From positions 26,010 to 90,009 of the forward strand of contig JAXMOL010000029.1 of NCBI GenBank assembly GCA_034669905.1: a stretch of 64,000 bases of DNA, in the 5' to 3' direction. The notes below the pieces were generated by a model, which saw only the letters and a program-made list of their open reading frames with translations, did no database searches and was not told the origin of the DNA. Shown one piece after another: positions 1 through 11,475 of this stretch. Made by a program: the position numbers and the translations under genes. How positions within the stretch are numbered: position 1 is the stretch's first letter; each line of letters begins with the position of its first letter. Origin of the DNA: Candidatus Hydrogenedentota bacterium (GTDB lineage Bacteria > Hydrogenedentota > Hydrogenedentia > Hydrogenedentales > JAEUWI01).

Positions 1-78
1 CTGGAATCCTTCAAGAATGTGGACCTGCGATTAATCGACAACCCGGACTATTTTAAAGCGATTTTCGACGAATCCTGA
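1..78 (+). CDS. 3' end of a CDS entering from the left edge (LESFKNVDLRLIDNPDYFKAIFDES*)
   Basis: Frame 1 is open to TGA at 76-78, just upstream of the tRNA promoter; product unknown. Confidence 0.45.
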   Translation: MESFKNVDLRLIDNPDYFKAIFDES

Positions 79-116
79 GAAATCGGGTATTCGAGCGAGA
101 TTTTGACGTGTGCGGC

Positions 117-146
117 TTGAAACAGGACCCCCTTTTTTGCTACTAT
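117..146 (+). promoter_or_regulatory. sigma70-type promoter of tRNA-fMet
   Basis: TTGAAA (117-122), 18 bp spacer, TGn-extended TACTAT (141-146), ~20 bp before the tRNA. Confidence 0.65.
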
Positions 147-165
147 AGGTCTTGTCAACAACTGA

Positions 166-242
<77 letters not shown>

Positions 243-252
243 ATTATAAATC

Positions 253-286
253 AAGGACTTACGACGATGTCGTAGGTCCTTTTTTT
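253..286 (+). terminator. intrinsic terminator after the tRNA
   Basis: AAGGACTTACGAC-gat-GTCGTAGGTCCTT hairpin followed by a T run. Confidence 0.85.
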
Positions 287-599
287 GTGTCTGGGTGGCC
301 CGAGCGCGCAGGTCCGCATCCGGGGGCTGCGGTCCCACCTTGCCCCGGGGTATGGGCCCCTGCCGTTCCACCGGATGGCCGGGCGGCTCCGTCGGTAATG
401 GGACACCGCCCGACTCCCCATCCATCCAATCACGCCGCCTCACGATAGCCACTTCGAACGATACCACCCCGCTGGTACGCGCGTATGTTGGCGTTCCTTC
501 GGGGGATGGGAAATATAGACGTATCAAAAGGTCAGCGGTTTGGGCCGGAGATTTCCCACCATCCCAATGCCGTCGCTTCGAAGTTGGCCCCGGTCGTCT

Positions 600-3476
600 T
601 TACTTCGCGAGTTTGATTTGTACCTGCTGGAGCACCGGATAGCGATCCCCGTTGTCTGAGCGGAAGGTGGCCCGGTATTGCATACACCGGTCATCGGGCG
701 ATAGGGTGCCGTGTTTCTCTTTCACCGGACGCCATGTCTGTTCTTTCAGCAGATCCGGATCGCTCGCGGTGCGTATTTCGAGGGTCAGGCCAGCGCCTTT
801 TGGCTCCTCTGCCTGGTAACTGATGTGGACTGAACGGGCGGCTGCGTCCCATTCGAATAGGGATGATTCGTAGCGCTGTTGGTAACTTCGGTCGTAGATG
901 TGTCCCGGGTCCTGGGTCCACAAGGTGTGTGCCCCCAATGTGGGCAACCGGAGTACCTCCGGGTTCGTGAATCGCTTGCCGTCGTTATAGAAGACTTTCG
1001 AGTCCACCTGATGATTCCCGAAGCTATTGTGGCATGCGACGGCAAGGTCAAGCAGGCCGTCTCCGTTGAAGTCCCCGGCCTGCGCGTCACTCGCAGAGTC
1101 GCAGAGGAGTACGGCCCGGTTCTTGAGGTTGAAGCCATCGGGTCCTCCCCAATACAGGAATGACGGCAAATCGCCGCGGTGAACTTCCCCGTGGTAATTG
1201 GGTACGAACAAATCCAGGTACCCATCCTGGTCAAAGTCCGCGATGGCCTGATACAAGGTGCAATAGCCGGGCAGCCATTGGGAGTCCCACTGGCGAAAGC
1301 CCTGCTCGCCGCCCCATAAGATGACATTGCCCAAGTCTCTGAAGTCATTAACCCGGTCGCGGTACCCCGAGCAAACCAGATCGAGCCAGCCGTCCCCGTT
1401 GAGGTCTGCTACTTCCGTGCCCATCGCCATTGGAAGGATAACCACGTGCTGGCGTTCCTCATCAAAGCCCTTCTCGCTGCCCCAGAAGATCCGAAGTCGG
1501 CAGGTTTCGCGGCTTGTTACGGTAATATCGAGCCAGCCGTCTTTGTTGAAGTCCGCGATGATGGGGCCATTACTCCTCCCCTCCGAGCGGAGAATGATCT
1601 TATCCGCCATTTCAAATCCGTTTGCCGAACCGTAGTACACGGCCACCTGGGCGGCCGTATCTGCTGCGTCGGAATACCATTGCTCCCAACCGCCGAGGAC
1701 AATATCGAGATAGCCATCCTGATTGAGGTCGGCCGTGGCGCTTGTGTCCATATAGGGCTCAGGCAGAATGGTTCGAGGGCCGTCCAAATCGAATCCTTTA
1801 GAACTGCCCCACAGGATGTTCGTTCCGATGATGGGGTTTTTCAACGCTCCGGGTCCACCATGGGCGGTAAAGGTGAGCAAAAGATCCACGAAGCCGTCGG
1901 TATTGAAATCCGCCGCGGTGGCATCGTGGCCGCTTTGCCCGGGAATCACCCAGCGATTGGACGGCTCAAAGCCTGCGGGTGCGCCCCAATACACATAATT
2001 GGGAACCCGTTCATAGAGCGTTCCCCCCAGACGGTTCGCGAAAACGGAGCGGCCGGGTAAGCCGCCCTCCGGTGGCACGATGCAGGCATCGGTGGCGCCG
2101 GATGTACTCGCTTCTTTTGCCGCCCTCACGAAACTTCGTTTGCCCTGTCCGAAGTAGATGAGGGACTTGGAATCAAATCGTTTGTCTTCCAGCCCCTGGT
2201 ACACCGCTATCGCGATGTCCTTCTGTCCGTCGCCATCCACGTCGCCCACGGCGGTTGCGGTACCAAACCACGCTTCAATGGTGGTCGTCTCATCCAGTGA
2301 AAACCCCTGGGCGCTACCCCACATCACCCGCACCGGACTGAGCCGGGACGTATCCACATCGCCGACCTCACCGCCCGCGGTCGCATAGCGTCCCGTAACG
2401 GAAACGTTGGTGAAGAGGAGTTCGTCGTAGCCATCCCCATCCACATCACCGGCTGAGAGCTGGGAGCTGGGGAAGAACTGCCGCGACGTGACCTTATTCC
2501 CATCTCGCCCCGTGCCGCCTTCGACCAGGTAAAGGGTGTCGGTGCCCGTACCGATGGCCAGTGATTGCGGGCCATTCTCCGTGGCGTTTACGATCGCCAT
2601 ACACGTTCCGCCACCATTCGGCAACGACACGTCCGTCTGCTCAAATTGCACTTCGTAGTTCTCGCCTCCGGACCTCTCAGGCACTTTTCCATCGCGCAAC
2701 TTATGAATCTGCTCCACATCGGTACGAGAACCCCAAAAAATCCGGACCCGATCGGCCGCGAGCACCATCAAATCAGCTACACCATCTTTGTCCAGGTCCG
2801 CCGCCTCCAGTGCGATGGCGTCAGCGAGTCCGAGATCCTGGTATTGATAGAGCAAGAATCCCGTGTCACTCCCCCAGTAGATGCGAATGTTCCTTTCCGC
2901 AGTGAACGGGCCGCTCGGGCTGTTCAGCACGGTAATATCTGGCCAGCCATCGCCGTTCAAGTCATCGACCTCAACGCTCAGTGGGCCATTGGTGGGAAGT
3001 ACCCCCAGGCGGGCTACGGTCCAGCCATCCTCTCCACCATAGAGGATTCGCAGGAACTCCCGTTGGGTCTGCAGTCCCGACCGTTCAAGGGTGAAGACCA
3101 GATCCGTCCAACCATCGCGGTTCAGGTCCCCCGACTTAACGCGATTTGCACCGATTACCGGCAGGCTGGATGAACTCAGCAACCGATCCTCCGACACGCT
3201 GGCCAGTGTGGGTGGAACCTTGTGAATCAAATCGTGTGTATTGCCGAAGAAGAGGTCGAGGTAGCCGTCCTCATTCAGGTCATACCGCTGGATAACCTGT
3301 ATTTTTCCGTCCTGGCTGACGTAAATGTTCTGGCCGGAGGCATCTAGGGTCCCGTCGACGAAGTCCTCGAAAGTATCTTCTGTCCAAACGAGCGTGTTCT
3401 CTTGGGCGAGCGCACCACCTCCGCTGAAAAGCAGGGCAAGGCATGACCAGTGAACCAGGAGGTTGAGGGGCTTCAT
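600..3476 (-). CDS. secreted FG-GAP/VCBS repeat beta-propeller protein, 958 aa
   Basis: Signal peptide (..GGALA-QE); many DxNxDGxxD repeats (DLNEDGYLD, DLNRDGWTD, DVDGDGYDE, DFNKDGWLD). Confidence 0.9.
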   Translation of the reverse strand: MKPLNLLVHWSCLALLFSGGGALAQENTLVWTEDTFEDFVDGTLDASGQNIYVSQDGKIQVIQRYDLNEDGYLDLFFGNTHDLIHKVPPTLASVSEDRLLSSSSLPVIGANRVKSGDLNRDGWTDLVFTLERSGLQTQREFLRILYGGEDGWTVARLGVLPTNGPLSVEVDDLNGDGWPDITVLNSPSGPFTAERNIRIYWGSDTGFLLYQYQDLGLADAIALEAADLDKDGVADLMVLAADRVRIFWGSRTDVEQIHKLRDGKVPERSGGENYEVQFEQTDVSLPNGGGTCMAIVNATENGPQSLAIGTGTDTLYLVEGGTGRDGNKVTSRQFFPSSQLSAGDVDGDGYDELLFTNVSVTGRYATAGGEVGDVDTSRLSPVRVMWGSAQGFSLDETTTIEAWFGTATAVGDVDGDGQKDIAIAVYQGLEDKRFDSKSLIYFGQGKRSFVRAAKEASTSGATDACIVPPEGGLPGRSVFANRLGGTLYERVPNYVYWGAPAGFEPSNRWVIPGQSGHDATAADFNTDGFVDLLLTFTAHGGPGALKNPIIGTNILWGSSKGFDLDGPRTILPEPYMDTSATADLNQDGYLDIVLGGWEQWYSDAADTAAQVAVYYGSANGFEMADKIILRSEGRSNGPIIADFNKDGWLDITVTSRETCRLRIFWGSEKGFDEERQHVVILPMAMGTEVADLNGDGWLDLVCSGYRDRVNDFRDLGNVILWGGEQGFRQWDSQWLPGYCTLYQAIADFDQDGYLDLFVPNYHGEVHRGDLPSFLYWGGPDGFNLKNRAVLLCDSASDAQAGDFNGDGLLDLAVACHNSFGNHQVDSKVFYNDGKRFTNPEVLRLPTLGAHTLWTQDPGHIYDRSYQQRYESSLFEWDAAARSVHISYQAEEPKGAGLTLEIRTASDPDLLKEQTWRPVKEKHGTLSPDDRCMQYRATFRSDNGDRYPVLQQVQIKLAK

Positions 3477-3561
3477 ACACGTTTACCTTTCGGGTGTCGC
3501 CGACGTGAGGGTGTGGGACTATGGATGTCGACGCGGTGTGGTGATGTGGGGTGGTATTACA

Positions 3562-3597
3562 TTGATTTAAGCAGAAGGCCGTGGGTGAGTCAAGGAC
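3562..3597 (-). promoter_or_regulatory. conserved promoter/operator (GTCCTTGACTC-N11-TCTGCTTAAATCAA)
   Basis: -35 TTGACT, 17 bp, TGn-TTAAAT; the same 11+14 nt blocks with the same spacing occur at 46568-46603. Confidence 0.6.
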
Positions 3598-3707
3598 ATT
3601 GCCTGGAGCGAGGCATGACGTAGCTGATGAATGGGCGCATGTGGGCTGCAGCATTCAGCGGGGTACCATTCGCCTGAGGGGCTGTCAACGTGAGGCTGCG
3701 TGTCTGC

Positions 3708-4913
3708 CTAAACGAAGCCCGCGTCTATGCGTGCATAGCCATGGGCCATGACGAGATGGCGTTCGCCCGAACCTTCACAAACCCGAGACCAACTGTCGAC
3801 AATGAGTTGGGGCGATTCGCCCGCCCGACGCAGTTCAATGCGAAATCCCCCATACATGCCAGGAATGGGAAACCAGATCATGGGGGACTCCCGCTCCAAT
3901 AGGAGGCAGAGCGGTGGAAATTCGATTTGATTTTGCTCGACGAGGTCGTCCGTACGGCCAAGAACTACGTTCCGGAGTTGGGCTTCCAGTTTGGCGATTT
4001 GTACTTCACTAACCTGGTGTACAGGTGCTGGTTGGAGGACTTCCAGCAGGTGTCTAGAGGTTGCCCGCCTTGCCGTTTCCAGCGGCGTTTCGTCACGCGC
4101 GTTGCGAACCATACGAGAGGCACCGAGACGTATGAGTTGTTCAGCGACTTCGACGGAAGCGCCGTTTCTCGCGGCCTGATGGAGGGGGGTATACCGTGCT
4201 TTCCCTTGGATTCCAGGCTGATTTATCTGGCCTGGTTTTTCGCGGAAGATTCGAAGGAGTTTGTCCCATTGCCCTGCTTTCGCGGCATCTGCAATCGCAT
4301 TGTTTTCTTCAAGAAACCAGCCCGCGAGTGACTCTGTATTGCGGGAACCATACCACTCGGCGCCTTGCTCACCATCAATCGAGATCCGGTCTGGCTCAAA
4401 CCACTCCGAAACGTAACGTGATTGCTCCTGTGTTTCGGGGGAATTGGGTCTCTTGGAAGACTTCGGGCAAGACGCCCAAAGCTTCTTGAGTGTCTCTAAT
4501 GGCGGGCTGAAACCGGAATGTCTGCTAAGCCAACAACCGACCACCGTCCCTGTACGGCCGACTCCTCCCCAACAATGCACATAAACGTTTCGGTCCGCGC
4601 ACAACGCTTCATCGATGTGGTCAAGAATCGCGACCATGTCTTGACGGGACCTGGGTATTGAGACATCACGAATGGGATGGGAAAAACGCTGCGCCTTACC
4701 GTTGCTGACCTCGCCGAGGATTGATTCATAGGATTCCAGTCCATCCCGGAGTTCGGTGAGATCGATGAAGCTGGAGATGCCGGAATCGACCATGTCAGTC
4801 AGCCGTCGTCGCGAAGAATCTTCGTCGAGCGTGCGCGGATACTCTCCCGCAAGAAAGCGCTGCGGGACAACCCAATAGCTATTCAGGAGTGGCTTTCGGA
4901 TATTATCATCCAT
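3708..4913 (-). CDS. dual-specificity/tyrosine phosphatase - ankyrin repeat fusion protein, ~401 aa
   Basis: HCWGGVGRT (CX5R) catalytic loop; ankyrin motifs YTPLHQAA and ETPLETA; C-terminal WFPIPGMYGGF region; start set at MDDNIRK because the longer ORF start lies in a MITE fragment. Confidence 0.8.
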   Translation of the reverse strand: MDDNIRKPLLNSYWVVPQRFLAGEYPRTLDEDSSRRRLTDMVDSGISSFIDLTELRDGLESYESILGEVSNGKAQRFSHPIRDVSIPRSRQDMVAILDHIDEALCADRNVYVHCWGGVGRTGTVVGCWLSRHSGFSPPLETLKKLWASCPKSSKRPNSPETQEQSRYVSEWFEPDRISIDGEQGAEWYGSRNTESLAGWFLEENNAIADAAKAGQWDKLLRIFREKPGQINQPGIQGKARYTPLHQAARNGASVEVAEQLIRLGASRMVRNARDETPLETARRATSRHLLEVLQPAPVHQVSEVQIAKLEAQLRNVVLGRTDDLVEQNQIEFPPLCLLLERESPMIWFPIPGMYGGFRIELRRAGESPQLIVDSWSRVCEGSGERHLVMAHGYARIDAGFV

Positions 4914-5025
4914 TCTTGCCGACGCGGAAAGATAGCCGAACTTTTCACTGCATGATTGACAGTCTGGTATGGGAGTACGGTAGCCGGTCGTGGCAGGAAG
5001 AGTCAATTGTGGAACGCGGTGCCCA

Positions 5026-5113
5026 AAAAACTGCGTGCCTTCGGCCCGAGGCAGGCGGGCCGCCAGCGCTCCCAAATGTCAAAGACTTCTTTAATCAATA
5101 AGGGCCAAATCGA
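5026..5113 (+). repeat. internal fragment of the ~280 bp MITE family
   Basis: AAAAACTGCGTGCCTTCGGCCCGAGGCAGGCGGGCCG..CGCTCCCAAATGTCAAAGACTTCTTTAATCAATA closely matches the middle of the copies at 44874 and 63643. Confidence 0.85.
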
Positions 5114-5206
5114 GCGGAGCCTATCTCTCCGGCACGAATAAGCCTTCCCGATAGTGCGCGTATTCTGGGTACGAGACGGCGACAACCAATTGCCCACCGT
5201 CGTCTT

Positions 5207-5225
5207 TTCGAATCCGGCCCCGCTA
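5207..5225 (+). repeat. duplicate of the tRNA-fMet 3' end (attR-like)
   Basis: TTCGAATCCGGCCCCGCTA equals tRNA 220-239 (TTCGAATCCGGCCCCCGCTA) minus one C. Confidence 0.7.
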
Positions 5226-5254
5226 GAGACACCCCCGTCGTGGAGATGACGGCG

Positions 5255-7153
5255 TTAGTCCCACTCGAGTTCAAGGACTAGCGTGTCGGGTGTTTCGAAA
5301 GGGTGGGTGAAGGTGGCGGTGTTTTCTGCGAGGCGTTCTCCCGTCAGGGCGTTGGTTACGCGCCGGGCGGGTCGGGGCAGGGTGATCTGCTTGGGGCCAC
5401 CGGTCTTGCTGTGGACTACCACCAAGCGGTCGTTGGCGTAGACCGGGGTGGTCTCGTCGACGTAGTGGTGTACCCCTGCCGCTTGCTGAATACCGCGCAA
5501 GGCCTCGGGGCTCATGGTGCCGTATTCCCAGGAATAGATGGAGGTCCAGCCGTCCATAGCGACGGTGGTAGGGCCCTTGATACCGTAGTCGGTACCGGTC
5601 CATGCCTTCACCCGGTTTGTGTCAAGGGAGTGGCCATCGGAGATGCCGGGGGCGTAGTTCCAGATGATGGTGCGGTTGTTGTTGAGCACCTTCTCCCGGA
5701 GCAGGGCGGCCCGTTCGGGGGTGATGAGGAGCGTGGCGGGCAGGCAGAGGACCTTGTAGGGGGAAAGGTCGATGACGGCGAGGTCGTTGAAGGAATAGAG
5801 GTCGAAAGGCGCGCCGGTCTTGCTGAGGCGCTCGCGGAATTTGCGCGTCATGGCCGCGGCGTGGGGCGCTTTGTCGTTCACGTAGACCGCGCTCTGGGGG
5901 TCGGCCACCAGGAGGGTCTCGGCCACACTGGTAGACGGCCTATCGATGTGGCGGAGGGCGAAGGCGTGCAAGCGGCGGATGAGATCCCGGGTGGGCTCGG
6001 CCTCATACCAGCCCCCCAGCATGTCGAACCACCAATAGGAGGCGTCGTTGACCACCGCGAAGGCGGCCTCCCGCGTCAGGCCCGCTTCGTCTTCCTGCTG
6101 GGTCTTCCACTGGTTGCCCTGGGGGAGCACGTGGGTGCGGTGATCGATTTCGTGAAGGTAGCGCTTACCGTAGCGCTGCACCGTGCCCCGGACCAGTTGG
6201 GGTCCACTGCCGCCGCCCGTTGCCCGGTCATTGTAGGTGCCGGGACTGATGAAGAAATCGATGTCGGGGCTGGCAAAAACCCGCTCGTAATCCAGGTGGC
6301 CGAAGGAGACCAGCTTCTGGTCGCTCACGAGGTAGTAGCCGTAGAAAACGCCCACTTCCTTGCGGTCATCGAGCGTGGCCCGTGCCGTTTTTGCGAAATG
6401 GAGAATGGCCTCGGCGACGATGTGGTTGTGGAAGCGCCAATACTGGATCTTGTCCATCTCGGTGGCCGGGTCGTAAATGACATTGTCGTGGGCGGCCTCG
6501 CGCAGGGTGCTCTCGCCGGGCACATCCGGCCCGAGGTCCAAGCCTTCCGCCGCGCTCCATGCCCGCCAGGCCGTGCTCTTCACCCGGCTGCTACGGCCCC
6601 GGTCATACTCATACCATTCCGACGTGCCGCCACCGGACAGGATGTAGGCGTCGATGCGGTCACCGTAGTGTTCTTCTGAGTAGGCGATGAAGTCCTTCAG
6701 CCACGTGGTCGTGTACTCCAGCCACTTCGGGTCCGACGCGGCATGGGAAATGGCGTCGAAACTATCCACCGCGAGTTTACGGGACAGCCAGGGGGGCGTA
6801 TTCAGATCGATCATGCAGAGGAAGCGCGCGTTGGGATTCGCCGTGACGAGGTCCTTTACCTGCTGGTCATAGGCGTCAAAGTCGTAGCGTCCGATGCCCA
6901 GCCAGATGGGCGGATACTTGCAGTATTCGAAGCCCATCGAATTGATCGTGTTTGCGGCGAAGAAGCATCGGGTGTTGATACCCATTTCCCCAAAGGTGCC
7001 CGTCATTTCCAGTTCGGGCCAGAACGAACGATAGGCGATGTAGGAGTTCGGTGCGGCCTCGGGCGGTGCCCCGTCGGGCGCTGCCGCTCCGCCAACCGAA
7101 CATGGACCCAACACAGCGAGGGCCAGAAGTCCCCAAGATAACCACTTCAACAT
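5255..7153 (-). CDS. secreted glycoside hydrolase-like protein (GH42/beta-galactosidase-like), 632 aa
   Basis: Signal peptide; motifs W..G.YDF, GGGTSEW, ISPGTY, YLHEIDHRT, YWWFDM; C-terminal region resembles a trimerisation domain; family uncertain. Confidence 0.6.
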   Translation of the reverse strand: MLKWLSWGLLALAVLGPCSVGGAAAPDGAPPEAAPNSYIAYRSFWPELEMTGTFGEMGINTRCFFAANTINSMGFEYCKYPPIWLGIGRYDFDAYDQQVKDLVTANPNARFLCMIDLNTPPWLSRKLAVDSFDAISHAASDPKWLEYTTTWLKDFIAYSEEHYGDRIDAYILSGGGTSEWYEYDRGRSSRVKSTAWRAWSAAEGLDLGPDVPGESTLREAAHDNVIYDPATEMDKIQYWRFHNHIVAEAILHFAKTARATLDDRKEVGVFYGYYLVSDQKLVSFGHLDYERVFASPDIDFFISPGTYNDRATGGGSGPQLVRGTVQRYGKRYLHEIDHRTHVLPQGNQWKTQQEDEAGLTREAAFAVVNDASYWWFDMLGGWYEAEPTRDLIRRLHAFALRHIDRPSTSVAETLLVADPQSAVYVNDKAPHAAAMTRKFRERLSKTGAPFDLYSFNDLAVIDLSPYKVLCLPATLLITPERAALLREKVLNNNRTIIWNYAPGISDGHSLDTNRVKAWTGTDYGIKGPTTVAMDGWTSIYSWEYGTMSPEALRGIQQAAGVHHYVDETTPVYANDRLVVVHSKTGGPKQITLPRPARRVTNALTGERLAENTATFTHPFETPDTLVLELEWD

Positions 7154-7544
7154 AAACTACCTTTCCCCATGGGACTCCATTCGGCCCCCTCAAGTTGAAC
7201 TGTTCATGATACCGGCTGCCTGGCGGAGCATCAAGCTATCGCGAGCAGGGTAATCGCATTAAAACTCAGTCACTCCCAAACAATAGAGGCCTGGTCGTGC
7301 GCGTGGGGCCTACCGGAGAGTAAACATCTGTCAGCGACCTGCACGAGCGTCCGACCTTCTCGCCAAGGGGGACGACTACCCACGCCACTCCTGCGCACGA
7401 ACTTCACCATACTCGTTTAGACTCGTAGGTTGAAGATCGCGCGGCACGACCGAGGGAATCTTTTTTGAGACCGGTGACTTTTCATGCGATTGCCCTGCTA
7501 TCGCAAGAAATCGGCCTGGCGGCGCTGTCCGCCCCGGAATGGCC

Positions 7545-8672
7545 TCAGGTCAGTGGATAGCCACAGGCCTGCAGAAGGCACTCTTGAACCAGTAACTCGT
7601 GTTCCAAGGGGTAGGGGTTTTCGATTTCGCCGCGGATGATTTGGGCCAGCTCCAACAGTTGGAGATCGTAGCGGGCGGGGACGTCGGGGAAGCTTACTTC
7701 CTGGTAACCGGCCTTGTAGGCACCGCGGGCCTTGGCGAGGGCCATCTGAAGGGAAAGTGGGCGGGATGTCTTGAATTGGTAGGTCTCCAGGGGGCGGATG
7801 TCGATGGTCCCTTCGTCGCCGACCACGACGAGTTGGCGCCGCCGGAACCCTTCGACTTCGAGGGAGGTGGTGCGGATGGTGGCGGTGGTTTTGGGATACT
7901 CGAAGACGACGAGTCCGTTATCGCACATCCCCCCGGCGTCGGAGCGCGTCTGGCGCATGAAGGGGACAATCCGGTCGGGCTTGCCCAGGAGGCCGACCAC
8001 GAGATCGATGAGGTGGCAGGAATAGATAAACATCGTGCCGCCCTTAAACTGGGAGAGGTACTTTCGGTAGCGGGTGTCGGAGAACTTGCTCATGACGGCG
8101 TGGACTTCGAAGACCTGTCCGAGCCAGCCCTCCTGGACGGCCTGGCGGCAGAACTGGACCGCCAGGTTATTTCGGTACATGTAGCCCACTTGTACCGTCA
8201 GATTGCGCCGGCCGGCCTCGTCTAAGACGGCTTTGAATTTGGGGAAGGACTCCCCCCCTGGCTTATCGAGGTGGATGTGCATGCCAGCGTTGATGCAGCG
8301 CCCGGCGATGTTCATTACGTGCGGGTCGTCCGAATCCACCTCCACGGCCACGGCCTGCAGGCCCTTGGTGTTGAGCAATTGCTCCTCGGTCATCCAGGGC
8401 AGACCTTTGTAGATGGCGCTGTTTTCGTATTTCTTCCGTAGTGCGGGGTCGGGCTCGACGATGCCGACGACCTCGTAGTGCTCGCTGAGTTTCCGAAAGG
8501 TCTTCATTTTTTCCGAGGCGTGCTCGTGCCCCGTGCCAATCTGTCCGATCTTAATCCGCGGGGTGGGCGGCGTGGCGGCGAAGAGGTTGGGCGCCAGGCC
8601 CTGGGCGGCGACCACGGCGGCTCCTGCGCGGGCGGCGGTGGTTAAGAGTGTGCGACGGCCAATTTGAGTCAT
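7545..8672 (-). CDS. Gfo/Idh/MocA family oxidoreductase, Tat-exported
   Basis: GRRTLL twin-arginine signal, IGQIGTG Rossmann motif, HLDKP, VGYMYR. Confidence 0.9.
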   Translation of the reverse strand: MTQIGRRTLLTTAARAGAAVVAAQGLAPNLFAATPPTPRIKIGQIGTGHEHASEKMKTFRKLSEHYEVVGIVEPDPALRKKYENSAIYKGLPWMTEEQLLNTKGLQAVAVEVDSDDPHVMNIAGRCINAGMHIHLDKPGGESFPKFKAVLDEAGRRNLTVQVGYMYRNNLAVQFCRQAVQEGWLGQVFEVHAVMSKFSDTRYRKYLSQFKGGTMFIYSCHLIDLVVGLLGKPDRIVPFMRQTRSDAGGMCDNGLVVFEYPKTTATIRTTSLEVEGFRRRQLVVVGDEGTIDIRPLETYQFKTSRPLSLQMALAKARGAYKAGYQEVSFPDVPARYDLQLLELAQIIRGEIENPYPLEHELLVQECLLQACGYPLT

Positions 8673-8722
8673 GGGGGGCTCCCTGTTTTTTTTCAAATTC
8701 GTGAATCGTATTCTCAACAACG

Positions 8723-8806
8723 GTCATCTCCACGAAGGCGAAGATCCCGTAACGCAAGTACCGAAACCGGTGCTACCCGCTGGATTCCCGCCTGCGCGGG
8801 AATGAC
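8723..8806. repeat. inverted pair of ATTCCC-N8-GGGAAT-type palindromic repeats
   Basis: TGGATTCCCGCCTGCGCGGGAATGAC at 8781-8806 with a degenerate inverted partner GTCATCTCCACGAAGGCGAAGATCC at 8723-8747. Confidence 0.6.
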
Positions 8807-8960
8807 GTGCTAACATCACTTGCTTGTGGCCAAAGGCTGCGCCAAACCACTATCCACCATTGTCCTTTTTTTAAACAGGACAACTCTCGTACGAGCGCGT
8901 ATCCCAATCTCATTCTCTCGGTTAGAATCGCGGATCCTGGTTGGAGAAATTTCTAATTTT

Positions 8961-9110
8961 GACCACGGATAAATCGGAAGCCACGGATGAAACAAAACAA
9001 AATACAAATAAGATTGCCAATCAGGATCTCGTCGGCACGAATAATTCAAGGGGCAATGTTCGATAGTTTCGCGTTCCCTGTCATCCGGGTCATCCGATTT
9101 ATCCGTAATC
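8961..9110. repeat. 150 bp element bounded by 30 bp imperfect inverted repeats with a 9-nt period
   Basis: 8961-8990 matches the reverse complement of 9081-9110 at 25/30; core ACGGATAAATCGG is exact. Confidence 0.7.
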
Positions 9111-9213
9111 AATAATTTGTTTGGGGCCGATACTTTTCGTGTAAATTGGTGTTCATTCGTGGTTCAACGTTTCTCACTGCGGCATGCTCACTGCCCGCTG
9201 TAATTTTTCTCTG

Positions 9214-10656
<1,443 letters not shown>

Positions 10657-10814
10657 AGCTTCCCCTTTGCTTTGATTTTGATACGCGGTGAATGTTTCAT
10701 GGTAGGTAGTCTAATAGCAATCACGCAAGTTTTGCCTGGGCGTTTGTGTTGGTGGTGTGGCCGGGGATGGAAAACCCAGGGGCGGCCTCCTGTTCTTGGT
10801 GGTAACTCAAGGCG

Positions 10815-10863
10815 CGAAGTGGCGCTTTGGTGACTGCATTTCCAAGTGGCGCTTGGCAACGAG
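10815..10863. repeat. degenerate REP-like palindromic element
   Basis: AAGTGGCGCTT occurs twice (10817, 10844); the second lies in the palindrome CCAAG-TGGCG-CTTGG followed by CAACGAG. Confidence 0.4.
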
Positions 10864-11033
10864 GGTGGCAGGGACGTTCTGCCGCCGCAAGGTGATGGGG
10901 TGGGATGTTTGCCGGCAGCCTTTTTGTAGGAGCTGGTGTCGCCGGAGTGTCCTTCGGGCGGCTGCACGTCCCGGTGGGGCGTTGCAGAGGTGGCGGCTTT
11001 TCGGGATGGGGCTTGTGAGGGAGTCGTGGGGCG

Positions 11034-11475
11034 TCGAGCCTACGGCCACCGGGACAGGAACGCGCGTTAGCGTGGTGGCGGTGATGCAATGGGTGCGGGT
11101 TGGCGCGACGCGACCGCGACTCCGCAGGGCTCTTGGGCGCGATACCGTCCCTTTGGTGCGCTTTCGGGTGGGAAGGGGTCGCCCCTATGGAGCGCCGACG
11201 GCCTGTCGGCATGGGTGCCAATGGCACCTCATCGGAGTCCGCTCTTGGAGCCGTTGGGACCCCTTCGACCTTTTTGACATTGCTAATAAGTCATAGGGAT
11301 ACTATAGAAGTAATTCGGTCATGGGCAGGGTTGAGTGATATAGCGGCGAGCGACAAAGGCCTGGTTAAAACGGCAGGAGCGATACCATGTGGGGTACGAA
11401 TATCTGGGGTGCTTGGACTGATGGCTGTAATCCATATAGAAGAAGAGGGATAAGGGTGACGGTCTCTGGTTGTTT
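11034..11475 (+). repeat. ~440 bp direct repeat, copy 1
   Basis: Colinear with 14662-15102; near-identical over the first ~280 bp, more diverged afterwards. Confidence 0.95.
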
